NCBI GenBank assembly: GCA_963767095.1
Contig: CAVYCK010000011.1
Coordinates: 64,199 to 128,198, forward strand
Direction: 5' to 3'
DNA: 64,000 nucleotides
DNA from: an uncultured Actinomycetota bacterium
Lineage (GTDB): Bacteria; Actinomycetota; Actinomycetes; Propionibacteriales; Nocardioidaceae
This document shows positions 43,401 to 52,660 of this stretch, in pieces; the first letter of the stretch is position 1, and each line of letters opens with the position of its first letter. Below the pieces are notes generated by a model. The model saw only the letters and a list, made by a program, of their open reading frames with translations, ran no database searches and was not told where the DNA came from. Both the position numbers and the translations under genes were made by a program.

Positions 43401-44041
43401 CGGCCGATCTTCCACGTCGCGAACCCGTCGGCGCCCAGCCCGACGACGCCACCCACGACCGGGATCTTGCGCGCGGCCGTCGAGGCCATCCGCTTGCCGG
43501 CGACCTTGGTGATCATGTCGCTGGCGACGTAGGAGGAGATCTGCGCGTCGATCGTGTCGTCGTAGGTCGGTGCCGTCGCGATGGCCCAGGGCGAGGCCGG
43601 GAGCTTCTTCTTCTTGATCATCTCCGCCACGCCCTCCTCGCCCAGCAGGGTCACCAGGATCGCGTTGCGCACGCGCGGGTCGTGGACGTCGTAGCCGCGC
43701 AGGTGCGCGATGCCGGCGATCATCCGGCACTGGATGAGGGCGAGGCCGGTGATGTTGGCCGGGACCGCCACCGCCGCCGTCACCACTCCGCCGATGTTGG
43801 TCACGAACCCCTGCGCGCCCGCGAGGCGCACGTGGAACTCGATGACCTCGTGGACCGCGCGCTCGACGTTGCCCTTCTGCTCCTTCAGCTGCTTCTCGGA
43901 GCCGCGGACCGCGCCGCTGAGCGGGCCGACCCCCACGATCGCGCGGTGCTCGGCCTCACGCACGAACCCCGTCGTCAGCCCCGGCGCCAGCTCGCTGAGG
44001 TGCGGTGCCAGCGCCTTCCCGACCGTATTTCTCACGCCCAT
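43361..44041 (-). CDS. EcsC-family protein
   Basis: GAQGFVTNIGG, PANI..L..IQ.RM..IAHLRGYD, RKIPVVGGVVG. Confidence 0.8.
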   Translation of the reverse strand: MGVRNTVGKALAPHLSELAPGLTTGFVREAEHRAIVGVGPLSGAVRGSEKQLKEQKGNVERAVHEVIEFHVRLAGAQGFVTNIGGVVTAAVAVPANITGLALIQCRMIAGIAHLRGYDVHDPRVRNAILVTLLGEEGVAEMIKKKKLPASPWAIATAPTYDDTIDAQISSYVASDMITKVAGKRMASTAARKIPVVGGVVGLGADGFATWKIGRYADREFRPRNRR

Positions 44042-44113
44042 GGTGTCGATCCTACGGAGGCGTCCCTGCCGCTCCTCGACAAGTGGCTGCGCACCAGCGC
44101 TACCGTCGCGCGC

Positions 44114-44818
44114 ATGCCCGTCGAGCCGCCGCCCTCGCCGTGGGGCTTCCCGCCGCCCGCGCTGTGGCCGGACGACGACGACGTGGTCGCGATGGGCGCC
44201 GACCTCGCGCCGGGCACCCTGCTGCGTGCCTACCGCCAGGGGCTCTTCCCGATGCCGTCGGGCACCCGCCGCCGCGACCCGCTGGCGTGGTTCAGCCCGG
44301 TCGAGCGCGGCGTCCTGCCCCTCGACGGGCTGCGCGTCCCGCGCTCGCTGCGCCGCGCCGTGCGGACCTTCGACGTACGCGTCGACACCGCCTTCGCCGA
44401 CGTGGTCCGCGGCTGCTCCGACCCGCGCCGGCCGGGCGGCTGGATCTCCGAGGACATCGCGTCGGCGTACCGCCACCTCCACGAGCTGGGCTGGGCGCAC
44501 AGCGTCGAGACCTGGCGCGACGGCCGGCTCGTGGGTGGGCTCTACGGCGTCGCGATCAACGGCCTCTTCGCCGGGGAGTCGATGTTCCACACCGAGCGGG
44601 ACGCGTCGAAGGTGGCGCTGGTCGCGCTGGTCGAGCGACTCCGGGACGGGTACGCCGCGCAGCGCATCCTCGACGTCCAATGGGTCACGCCGCACCTGGC
44701 CGGCCTGGGGGTGGTCGCGGTCCCGCGCGAGACCTACCTGGCGCGGCTGCGGGTCGCCCTCACCGTGCCGCCGGCCGACTTCGGCGACTCGTCCGCAGCC
44801 GCGGCACCGGGGGTGTAG
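44114..44818 (+). CDS. aat: Leucyl/phenylalanyl-tRNA--protein transferase
   Basis: GADL..LLRAYRQGLFP, GWAHSVE, LVGGLYG, FAGESMF, DASKVAL, DVQWVTPHL. Confidence 0.93.
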   Translation: MPVEPPPSPWGFPPPALWPDDDDVVAMGADLAPGTLLRAYRQGLFPMPSGTRRRDPLAWFSPVERGVLPLDGLRVPRSLRRAVRTFDVRVDTAFADVVRGCSDPRRPGGWISEDIASAYRHLHELGWAHSVETWRDGRLVGGLYGVAINGLFAGESMFHTERDASKVALVALVERLRDGYAAQRILDVQWVTPHLAGLGVVAVPRETYLARLRVALTVPPADFGDSSAAAAPGV

Positions 44819-44840
44819 CGGGCTCGGTGGCCGCGCTGGA

Positions 44841-45721
44841 TCACTTCAGCAGGCGGCTCATCCGTCGGTCGGCGAGCGGCTTGCCGCCGGTCTGGCAGGT
44901 CGGGCAGTACTGCAGGCTGGAGTCGGCGAAGCTGACCTCGCGCACGGTGTCGCCGCAGACCGGGCACGTCTCGCCCGTGCGGCCGTGCACCGCGAGGTTG
45001 GACTTCTTCTCGCCCTTCAGCTCGCTCATCGCCAGCCCGCTCGAGCGGGCGACGGCGTCGCCCAGGACGGTGCGGACGGCGTCGTACAACGTCTGGAGCT
45101 CGGCGTCGGTGAGGCTGTTGGCCGGCTTGAACGGCGACATCCGCGCGGCGTGCAGCAGCTCGTCGGAGTAGGCGTTGCCGATGCCGGCGATGGTGCCCTG
45201 GTGGCGGAGGACGCCCTTGATCTGGACCGGCCGGCGTCCTGCAGGATCTGCGCGAGCACCTCGATGGTGAAGGCGTCGTCGAGCGGATCGGGGCCGAGAC
45301 GCGCGATGCCCTCGACGTCGCGCGGGTCGCGGACGACGTAGATGGCCAGCGACTTCTTGGTGCCCATCTCGGTGATGTCGAGCCCGGAGGTGAATCCTTC
45401 GTCGTCCTCGTCGAGCACCACCCGCGCGGCCAGGGGTGACTTGCTGTTGGGGCGCGCGGGGAGCTTCGGCACGTCGTCGCGCCAGCGGATCCACCCGGCC
45501 CGCGCGAGGTGGATGCACAGGTGCAGCCCGCTGGCGCTGATGTCGAGGAACTTGCCGTGCCTCGTGACGTCCTCGACCAGGGTGCCGTGGATCGCCTGCA
45601 GCGGCGGGTCGAAGGTCTTGAGCGCGCTGAACGCCGCCAGGTCGACCCGCGTGATCGCACGGTCGGTCAGCCGGTTCCTCAGGTCGAGGGCCAGCGCTTC
45701 CACCTCCGGCAGCTCGGGCAC
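44841..45721 (-). CDS. Fpg/Nei-family DNA glycosylase (frameshift near 45230)
   Basis: MPELPEVE, RHGKFL, LGPDPL, IAGIGNAYSDE, Zn finger CPVC...CPTCQ. Confidence 0.9.
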
Positions 45722-45727
45722 CCACCC

Positions 45728-45749
45728 ATCCTATTTGGTGGCCCCGACA
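45728..45749 (-). promoter_or_regulatory. PafBC/RecA-NDp DNA-damage promoter (leaderless)
   Basis: Minus strand TGTCGG-GGCCACCAAA-TAGGAT, an exact match to TGTCGG-N10-TANNNT, 6 nt before GTG. Confidence 0.7.
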
Positions 45750-45768
45750 CCCGGCCCGCCCAAAATTC

Positions 45769-45833
45769 GGATAGTCCCTCACGTATGGCACCGGCCAGGG
45801 CCGGAAACAGGTGCCATACGTGAGGGACTATCC
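45769..45833. repeat. 65-bp palindromic element, family 1, copy 3
   Basis: GGATAGTCCCTCACGTATGGCACC-N17-GGTGCCATACGTGAGGGACTATCC. Confidence 0.9.
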
Positions 45834-45862
45834 CAATTTTCGGGCGAGAGGGAGAATGGGTC

Positions 45863-46126
45863 ATGGCCCCCACGCGCCCCGCGGAGACGACGATCTTCGT
45901 CGACCCGCGCGGTGGCGACCGGGCGTTGCGCGTCACGTGGCACCACGACGTGGCCGAGAGCCCCGACAGCCTGGCGGCCGACGGGCTGGTCGTGATCTCG
46001 CTGTGGCGCGCCAACCTGTGCATCGGGTCGTTCCGGCTGGAGGCCCACGAGGTGCCCGACCTGGTCCACGCGCTGACCAAGGGCCTGGCGCCCGCCGACG
46101 GCGGCTCGCTCTCCGACACCGCCTGA
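45863..46126 (+). CDS. Small hypothetical protein
   Basis: FVDPRGGDRALRVTWH..LVVISLWR..C.GSFRL pattern; GC3-rich codons. Confidence 0.7.
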   Translation: MAPTRPAETTIFVDPRGGDRALRVTWHHDVAESPDSLAADGLVVISLWRANLCIGSFRLEAHEVPDLVHALTKGLAPADGGSLSDTA

Positions 46127-46164
46127 CCCGAGCCCACGCCCAGCTAGCGGGGTACGGCGCGCCG

Positions 46165-46182
46165 TCTAGCAGATCCGCTAGA
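46165..46182. promoter_or_regulatory. Palindrome upstream of the AAA ATPase gene
   Basis: TCTAGCAGATCCGCTAGA. Confidence 0.5.
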
Positions 46183-46211
46183 GAGCCGATACTCCCGATA
46201 CCGTCGAGGGC

Positions 46212-47415
46212 ATGGACCCGGTACGCAACCCGTACGCGCCCGGTGCCGGGCAGCGGCCGCCCGAGCTGGCCGGTCGCGACGAGCAGCTCGCGGCGTTCGA
46301 CGTCGTGCTCCAGCGGGTGGCGCGCGGACGGCCCGAGCGGTCCCTGGTGCTGACCGGGCTGCGCGGGGTCGGCAAGACCGTGCTGCTCAACGCGCTGCGC
46401 TCGGCCGCCGTACGCCGGCACTGGGGCACCGGCAAGCTCGAGGCGCGCCCCGACCAGCACCTGCGCCGCCCGCTGTCGTCGGCGCTGCACCAGGCGGTCC
46501 GCGAGCTCGGCCACCCGCGCCCCGACGAGGCCGACCACGTGCTCGGCGTGATCCGCGCCTTCGCCCAGCGCGAGGCCGCCTCTCCGCGGCTCAAGGACCA
46601 GTGGAACCCCGGCATCGAGGCACCCGCCGTCCGCGGCCGCGCCGACTCCGGCGACATCGAGATCGACCTGGTCGAGCTGCTCACCGACGTCGGCGGACTG
46701 GCCGCCGACCAGGGCACGGGCGTCGCGGTGTTCGTCGACGAGATGCAGGACCTCGGCCCCGACGACGTCTCCGCCCTCTGCGCGGCCTGCCACGAGATCA
46801 GCCAGTCGGGCCTGCCGGTGATCGTGGTCGGCGCCGGGCTGCCGCACCTGCCCGCGGTCCTGCAGCGCGAGCAAGTCCTACTCGGAGCGGCTGTTCCGCT
46901 ACCAGCGCATCGACCGGCTGCCGCGCGAGGCGGCCGACCGCGCGCTCACCGCGCCGGCCGAGGACGAGGACGCCGCGTGGGCCGCCGACGCGCTCGCTGC
47001 CATGTACGCCGCCACGGGCGGCTACCCCTACTTCATCCAGGCCTACGGCAAGGCCGTGTGGGACCGCGCGACGACGTCGCCGATCACCGCGACCGATGTC
47101 GGGGTGGCCGCCCCCGAGGCCGAGGCCGAGCTCGCGGTCGGGTTCTTCGGCTCCCGCTACGACCGGGCCACGCCGGGGGAGCGCGACTACCTGCGCGCGA
47201 TGGCCGACGTGTCGGTCGAGTCGGTCCCCGTCGACGTACCGGCCGACGACTCGGTGCTCACCGCCGACGTCGCGGCGAACCTCGGCAAGAAGCCGCAGTC
47301 GCTGTCGCCCGCGCGCGACTCGCTGTTGAAGAAGGGCCTCATCTACTCCGCCGAGCGCGGCCGGATCGCCTTCACGGTGCCGCACTTCGGGCGCTACCTG
47401 CGCGAGAACGCCTGA
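46212..47415 (+). CDS. AAA-family P-loop ATPase with C-terminal winged-helix (frameshift near 46865)
   Basis: NPYAPGAG, LAGRD, GLRGVGKTVLL, VFVDEMQ, GGYPYFIQ, RDSLLKKGLIY, FTVPHF. Confidence 0.85.
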
Positions 47416-47499
47416 CCCCGGGCGTGCGGCCCTCCGGGTGGCGATGGCCGCCGGGCATCACCAGGCGGCCCGGTGCCTGGCCTCCGCTGCCCTCGCGCC

Positions 47500-48366
47500 C
47501 TAGCCCCGCCTGGTGCCCGCGCCGACCAACATCTCGCAGGGACCGACGAACCCGTCGGGACCTTCGTACGCCGTCAGCGCCTCGTGGACCTCTGCCCAGG
47601 TGTCGGCACGCTCGCTCTCGGAGAGTCCGGACATCATCTGGTGCAGCGCCCCGAACGACTCCTGCTGGAAGCGCACGCAGTCCGCCGCCGACGGCAGCAG
47701 GACCGGTGAGCTCACGCGGCGTACCTCCACGTCGGCGAAGCCCGCCTCGGCGAGCGTCTGCTCGAGCACGCCGTCGCCGCCGAGCGAGAACGGCCCGGGC
47801 TGGCCCGGCAGCGGCGGGCCGAGCTCGGCGCGGCGCCGGATGATGCCGACGGGCACGGAGAAGAAGGCGTTGGCCTCGGGAGTGGAGTACGACACGACCG
47901 AGATCCGGCCGCCGTCGCGCAGCACCGAGCGCATGCCGGCGAGAGCGCGGGCGCGGTCGGGGAAGTAGATCAGCCCGACCCGGCTCACCACGGCGTCGAA
48001 CGAGCCGGCCGGCAGGGTGCCGGTCTCCTCTCCGTCCTGCTCGAGGGTCTCGAGGTTGGTCAGTCCCTCGGCGGTCGCGTCCGCGGCGGCCAGGGCGAGC
48101 AGGTCGGGCGCCAGATCGGTCGCGAGCACCCGGCCGGTCGGGCCGACGCGCCGGGCGATGCGCAGCGACTGCTCACCCGCGCCGGCGGCGACGTCGAGCA
48201 CGGCACTGCCGGGGCCGACGTGCGCCAGCTCGACCATCGCCTCGGTCGCGTCGCCGAGCCACCGCCCGATGAAGTCGCCCCAGCGATGCCAGGCCTCAGC
48301 GGCGTCCTGCCACTGCCGGCGCGTGGTCTGCTTGAAGGCCACCGGGTCGAACGTCTGCACGGTCAT
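47500..48366 (-). CDS. Class I SAM-dependent methyltransferase
   Basis: VLDVAAGAGE, ATDL, SFDAV, LRDGGRI. Confidence 0.88.
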   Translation of the reverse strand: MTVQTFDPVAFKQTTRRQWQDAAEAWHRWGDFIGRWLGDATEAMVELAHVGPGSAVLDVAAGAGEQSLRIARRVGPTGRVLATDLAPDLLALAAADATAEGLTNLETLEQDGEETGTLPAGSFDAVVSRVGLIYFPDRARALAGMRSVLRDGGRISVVSYSTPEANAFFSVPVGIIRRRAELGPPLPGQPGPFSLGGDGVLEQTLAEAGFADVEVRRVSSPVLLPSAADCVRFQQESFGALHQMMSGLSESERADTWAEVHEALTAYEGPDGFVGPCEMLVGAGTRRG

Positions 48367-48449
48367 GTCGAGCTACCCCCTGGGTCTGGTTCGCCGGGCC
48401 CTGCGCCCGACGTCGACCCCGAGCGTGCGCTCGTCCGGGGCCGGCGACT

Positions 48450-48466
48450 AGTACACGTTCTGTACT
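48450..48466. promoter_or_regulatory. Putative HxlR operator
   Basis: AGTACA-CGTTC-TGTACT between the divergent methyltransferase and HxlR genes. Confidence 0.6.
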
Positions 48467-48501
48467 TGTGGTCGCGCCGCTCGGTTCCTACGCGTCAGCA
48501 C

Positions 48502-49191
48502 ATGCCCGACTACGGCCAGTTCTGCACCGTCGCCCGCGGGGCGGAGGTCCTGTGCGACCGATGGACCCCGCTCGTCGTCCGCGAGCTCCTCTGCGGCAGC
48601 ACCCAGTTCAACGACATCAAGCGCGGGGTGCCGCGGATGAACCGCACCCTGCTCGCGAAACGGCTGCGCACGCTCGAGGAGTTCGGCGTCGTCCGGCGTA
48701 CCGAGGACGGCCGGCGGACGTCGTACACGCTCACCCCTGCCGGCGAGGAGCTCCGCCCGATCGTGATGGCGCTGGGCCACTGGGGCTCGCGGTGGATCGG
48801 CAGCAGGCTGCAGCCGGGCCAGCTCGACGCGGGCTTCCTGATGTGGGACGTACGCCGCTTCGTGCGCCTCGAGGAGTTTCCCGACCAGCGCGTGGTGATC
48901 CACTTCCACTTCCCCGACGCCGGCCAGCGCGAGCGGGACTGGTGGCTGGTCGTCGAGGACGGTGTCGCCGACCTGTGCCGCGACGACCCCGGCCACGACC
49001 TGACCCTGCAGGTGCGCTCGACGGTGCGGGCGCTCACCGAGGTGTGGACAGGCGACGCGACGCCCGCGGAGGCCCTTCGCGGCCGCCACCTGCACGTGAT
49101 CGGCCCGAGCCGCGACGCCGAGCGGTTCTGGGACTGGCTGGGACGCAGCGCCTTCGCGCCCACCCGCGAGGCGGCACGCCTGGGCGCCTGA
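48502..49191 (+). CDS. HxlR-family winged-HTH regulator with SCP2-like C-terminal domain
   Basis: YGQFC, DRWTPLVVREL, LAKRLRTL, YTLTPAGEEL. Confidence 0.88.
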   Translation: MPDYGQFCTVARGAEVLCDRWTPLVVRELLCGSTQFNDIKRGVPRMNRTLLAKRLRTLEEFGVVRRTEDGRRTSYTLTPAGEELRPIVMALGHWGSRWIGSRLQPGQLDAGFLMWDVRRFVRLEEFPDQRVVIHFHFPDAGQRERDWWLVVEDGVADLCRDDPGHDLTLQVRSTVRALTEVWTGDATPAEALRGRHLHVIGPSRDAERFWDWLGRSAFAPTREAARLGA

Positions 49192-49222
49192 CGGCCGGAC
49201 GCGCTCGGCCTAGGTTGGACGC

Positions 49223-49960
49223 GTGCACGTGACCGGCCCGCTCCCCCTGCAGCAGGACGAGGCCGCGCACGAGGACGCGTTCCTCCGCTGGCACGTGGGG
49301 CCCGGGGCGCCGGCGCTGGTGTGGCGGGCCGACGACGCGGTCGCCGTCACCCTGCAGCGCGAGCGCGGCATGGGCGCGATCGCGCTCGGCCGGGGTGAGC
49401 ACCTCGACGCCGTGCTCGGCGCGGCTCTCGCGCACCTGCGCGCCGAGGGACTCGAGGAGGTCCGGCTCAGCGTGCCGGCCGACGCCGACGTCACGGTGCC
49501 GGCCGAGATCGAGGAGCCGAGTCGCTGGGAGTGGATGTGGACCAGCGTGGCGCCGCCGGCCCCGGTAGGCGTGGCGTGGCTGACCGCCGCCGAGGATCCG
49601 GCCGTCGAGGACCTGCTGACCCACAGCCCGCGCGCCCACGCCCGGCCGGGTGACGAGCTGGTGCGGGCCTGGGCCGGCGTACGCCGCGAGGGCCGGCTCG
49701 TCGCCGCCGGCGCCCTCTGCTCGACGACCTCCGGCACGCCCCACCTGCGCTCGATCGTCACCCACCCCGACCAGCGCGGCCAGGGCCTCGGGGGAGCGGT
49801 GACCGCTGCGCTGACGCTGCGCGGGCTGCAGGACTCGCCGGTCGTGACGCTCGGGATGTACTCCGACAACGACGTGGCCCGCCGGATCTACCACCGGCTG
49901 GGCTACCAGACGTCGCATCGGTGGGTGTCGTCGCTGGCGCGACTGGCCCCGGGCAGGTAG
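49223..49960 (+). CDS. GNAT-family acetyltransferase
   Basis: IVTHPDQRGQGLG, DNDVARRIYHRLGY. Confidence 0.82.
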   Translation: MHVTGPLPLQQDEAAHEDAFLRWHVGPGAPALVWRADDAVAVTLQRERGMGAIALGRGEHLDAVLGAALAHLRAEGLEEVRLSVPADADVTVPAEIEEPSRWEWMWTSVAPPAPVGVAWLTAAEDPAVEDLLTHSPRAHARPGDELVRAWAGVRREGRLVAAGALCSTTSGTPHLRSIVTHPDQRGQGLGGAVTAALTLRGLQDSPVVTLGMYSDNDVARRIYHRLGYQTSHRWVSSLARLAPGR

Positions 49961-49967
49961 CCGGGCC

Positions 49968-50648
49968 TCACCTGGGACGGGCGGCCCGCGCGACCGCCTC
50001 CGCGACGGCGTCCGGGTGGCTGAGCATCGGCAGGTGCCCGGCCGGCACGGTCGCGGTCGAGGCGGCGAGCACGGCGGCGTACCGCTCCTGGAGGGCGACG
50101 GGGAACTCGTGGTCCTCGGTGGTGACGAGATAGACCGCGTCGGCGGGCCAGTGAGCCCGGGGCTGCGCGGGCAGCCGGTCGAGGTAGAGCCGGCGCGACT
50201 CCGGCTCGAAGCCCGTCACCACCCGGTCGACCACGTCGTCGGGCAGGCCGCCGGCGAGCTGCGCACGCAGCACCGAGGCGGGAGGCCGGGTGCCGAGCAG
50301 CCGCACCATCGCGCTCATCACGTAGCGCTGGGGCGCGGGCAGCGACGACGCGAACGACCGCCCGGGCTCCGGCACGATCGCGCAGAGCGCCGTGAGCGCC
50401 GCCACGCGGTCGGGAGCCAGCGCCACCACGCCGGCCGCGACGGTGCCGCCGATCGAGTGCGCGACGAGGCGGCACGGCTCGGCCGGCAGCTGGGCCACCA
50501 CCCCCTCGACCACCTCGCGCAGCGTCGCGCGCCCCTTGGCGTACGCCGCCACGCTGCTCGGCGCGTCGAGGCGGGCCCGGACGTCGTCCCAGATCCACGA
50601 CGGAAGGCCGGCACCGGACAGGAGGACCACGGGAGCTGGAGTCGTCAT
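49968..50648 (-). CDS. Alpha/beta hydrolase
   Basis: VLLSGAG, AHSIGG nucleophile elbow, AGHLPML. Confidence 0.82.
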   Translation of the reverse strand: MTTPAPVVLLSGAGLPSWIWDDVRARLDAPSSVAAYAKGRATLREVVEGVVAQLPAEPCRLVAHSIGGTVAAGVVALAPDRVAALTALCAIVPEPGRSFASSLPAPQRYVMSAMVRLLGTRPPASVLRAQLAGGLPDDVVDRVVTGFEPESRRLYLDRLPAQPRAHWPADAVYLVTTEDHEFPVALQERYAAVLAASTATVPAGHLPMLSHPDAVAEAVARAARPR

Positions 50649-50914
50649 GCGACAGACGCTACGGCCGATTGCGGCCAGTTCCTGTCCGGAGGTCGGTGAG
50701 CGGGCGGTGGCTCCGGCCTGGTCGGCGGAAGCGTCGGCGAGCGACACCGGCCTACGTCGAGCGACGTACGTCGCGCGACCGGGTCCACGCTCCGCCCGTC
50801 GCCGGACCGCCGGAAAGCGGCCGCAGAGATCGGCTTCCGGACGGATGGAACCGGCCCGCGAAACCGCGAGCGTATTCCTCGTCAACCCACACACAGACGA
50901 GAGGAACCACCGAG

Positions 50915-51458
50915 ATGTCCACGCAGTTCGCCACCCGCCCCACCCAGCAGCAGGGCTCCGCAGAGCCCCGTCCAGAGCCCCGTCCAGAAGAACCCGGTCG
51001 AGCAGGCCGTCGAGCGGGCCGTCGACGCGCTGGCCGAGAAGCTCACCGCCTACAGCGTCCCGATCCTCCGGGTCAGCCTGGGACTGGTCTTCCTGGTCTT
51101 CGGCGCCTTCAAGTTCGTCCCGGGCTTCAGCCCCGCGGAGGACCTGGCCGTCGCCACGATCGAGAAGCTCACGCTCGGCATGGTCTCGGGCCAGTTCGCC
51201 CTCGTGCTCACCGCGGTGACCGAGGTCGTCATCGGCCTGACCCTGGTGTCGGGTCGCTTCCTCAAGGTCGGCCTGGCCGTCCTCGCCGGCGCGATGGGCG
51301 GGATCATGGCCCCGCTCGTGCTGTTTCCCGGCGAGCTCTACCTCGACAACGGCGTCACCCTGACGGCGCAGTACGTGTTCAAGGACATCGTGCTCGTCGC
51401 CGCCGGCATGGTCGTCGCCGCCCAGGCCCTGGGCGCGCGCTTCCGCCGGGACGTCTGA
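50915..51458 (+). CDS. DoxX-family membrane protein (frameshift in the 5' part)
   Basis: LRVSLGLVFLVFGAFKF..SPAE, QYVFKDIVL; RBS GAGG before ATG 50915, which is out of frame with the body. Confidence 0.7.
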
Positions 51459-51473
51459 GCCTTGGCCCCCCAC

Positions 51474-51549
51474 CATGTAACGCCCTGTTACGACATGTAC
51501 CCACCCCCATCGACGGGGGTGGGTACATGCCGTAACAGGGCGTTACATG
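51474..51549. repeat. 76-bp palindromic element, family 2, copy 1
   Basis: 35-bp arms CATGTAACGCCCTGTTACGACATGTACCCACCCCC / GGGGGTGGGTACATGCCGTAACAGGGCGTTACATG with one mismatch. Confidence 0.88.
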
Positions 51550-51571
51550 CGGTTGCGGTTGCGGCGGCTGC

Positions 51572-52144
51572 TCAGTGGCGATCTCCCCCGTTGACCAGCT
51601 GGCTGCGGATCTCGCCGCCGGGGTAGAGCGTCGTGTGCACGTTGACGTACGTCGACTCGGCCTTGATCGCCGCGACGAGCTCGTCGAACTGACCGGCCGT
51701 GATCCCCTGGCCGACCGGGCCGATCACGTTGGCGGGCCGCAGCGTGCCGGTGATCGTGGCCGGCGCCGGCGGGCAGGCCTGCGTGCCGACCGGGCCGTTG
51801 CCGAGGTTGGAGCACAGGAACGTCGAGATGCCACCCGACTGGCTGACCCCGCCGAGGTGGATGTGCGACTGCGTGACGGTGCCCTCGAGGGCGTCGTACG
51901 ACAGCGTGTAGTCGATCTCCTGGGCGCGCTGGTCGACCTGGATCGTGAACGTCCCGACGCCCGTGGTCGAGAGCGCCAGGGGATCCTCGTGGTAGCCGTC
52001 GAGCTGCACGTTGATCGTGCGGTTGCCGTGGTCTGAGCCCGGGTCGCTGCCGGCGCTGGCCACGCCGCCGGTGATGAGGGCGGCCGCCACGACGACCGCG
52101 GCGCCGAGGGGGAGGTGGGAACGGAGCGATGACAATCTGGACAT
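51572..52144 (-). CDS. Secreted CHRD-domain protein
   Basis: Signal peptide; QSHIH, YVNVHT..PGGEIRSQL. Confidence 0.85.
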   Translation of the reverse strand: MSRLSSLRSHLPLGAAVVVAAALITGGVASAGSDPGSDHGNRTINVQLDGYHEDPLALSTTGVGTFTIQVDQRAQEIDYTLSYDALEGTVTQSHIHLGGVSQSGGISTFLCSNLGNGPVGTQACPPAPATITGTLRPANVIGPVGQGITAGQFDELVAAIKAESTYVNVHTTLYPGGEIRSQLVNGGDRH

Positions 52145-52241
52145 GCGGGTTCCTTCCGTTGGCGAACGGTCCTGCAGGGGATACGGGCCAGCAGCCCGGA
52201 AGGATCTGTCCGTCGGCGATCAACCGGCCTAGGCTCGCTCC

Positions 52242-52613
52242 ATGGCCCTCATCCAGGTCGCCCAGCGGGCCGAGGACCTCGCCCGCGCCAGCGCGTTCTA
52301 CGCCGACCTGCTCGGCGTGCAGCCCGTCGCGACGTACGATCCGCCGGGCCTGGTCTTCTTCGACCTCGGCGGCACCCGCCTGCTGCTCGACACGGGCGCG
52401 CCGGCAGGGCTGCACTACTTCGGCGTCGACGACATCGACGCCACCGTCGAGCGCTTGCGGGCCGCGGGGGTCAGGGTGGAGTCCGAGCCGCACGTGATCT
52501 TCGGCCACGACGACGACACGCTGGGTCCCGCCGGCACGGACGAGTGGATGGCCTTCGTGGAGGACAGCGAGGGCAACCTCGTCGGCCTCGTCGAGCAGCG
52601 CCCGCGCGGCTGA
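52242..52613 (+). CDS. VOC/glyoxalase-family protein
   Basis: DLARASAFY..LLG, VDDIDA, EDSEGNLVGL. Confidence 0.85.
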   Translation: MALIQVAQRAEDLARASAFYADLLGVQPVATYDPPGLVFFDLGGTRLLLDTGAPAGLHYFGVDDIDATVERLRAAGVRVESEPHVIFGHDDDTLGPAGTDEWMAFVEDSEGNLVGLVEQRPRG

Positions 52614-52660
52614 CGCGTCCGAGCGCGCGGGTCGGTCACAATCCTCGTGTGGGGTCCCGC

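Noticed and set aside
1126-45840. Recurring peptide fragments (MPYVRDYP, IVPHVWHR) in several ORFs
   Set aside because: They are translations of the 65-bp palindromic element, not protein domains.
50960-50984. 12-bp tandem duplication CAGAGCCCCGTC in the DoxX 5' region as a phase-variation site
   Set aside because: Only two copies and a multiple of three, so it cannot switch frame.
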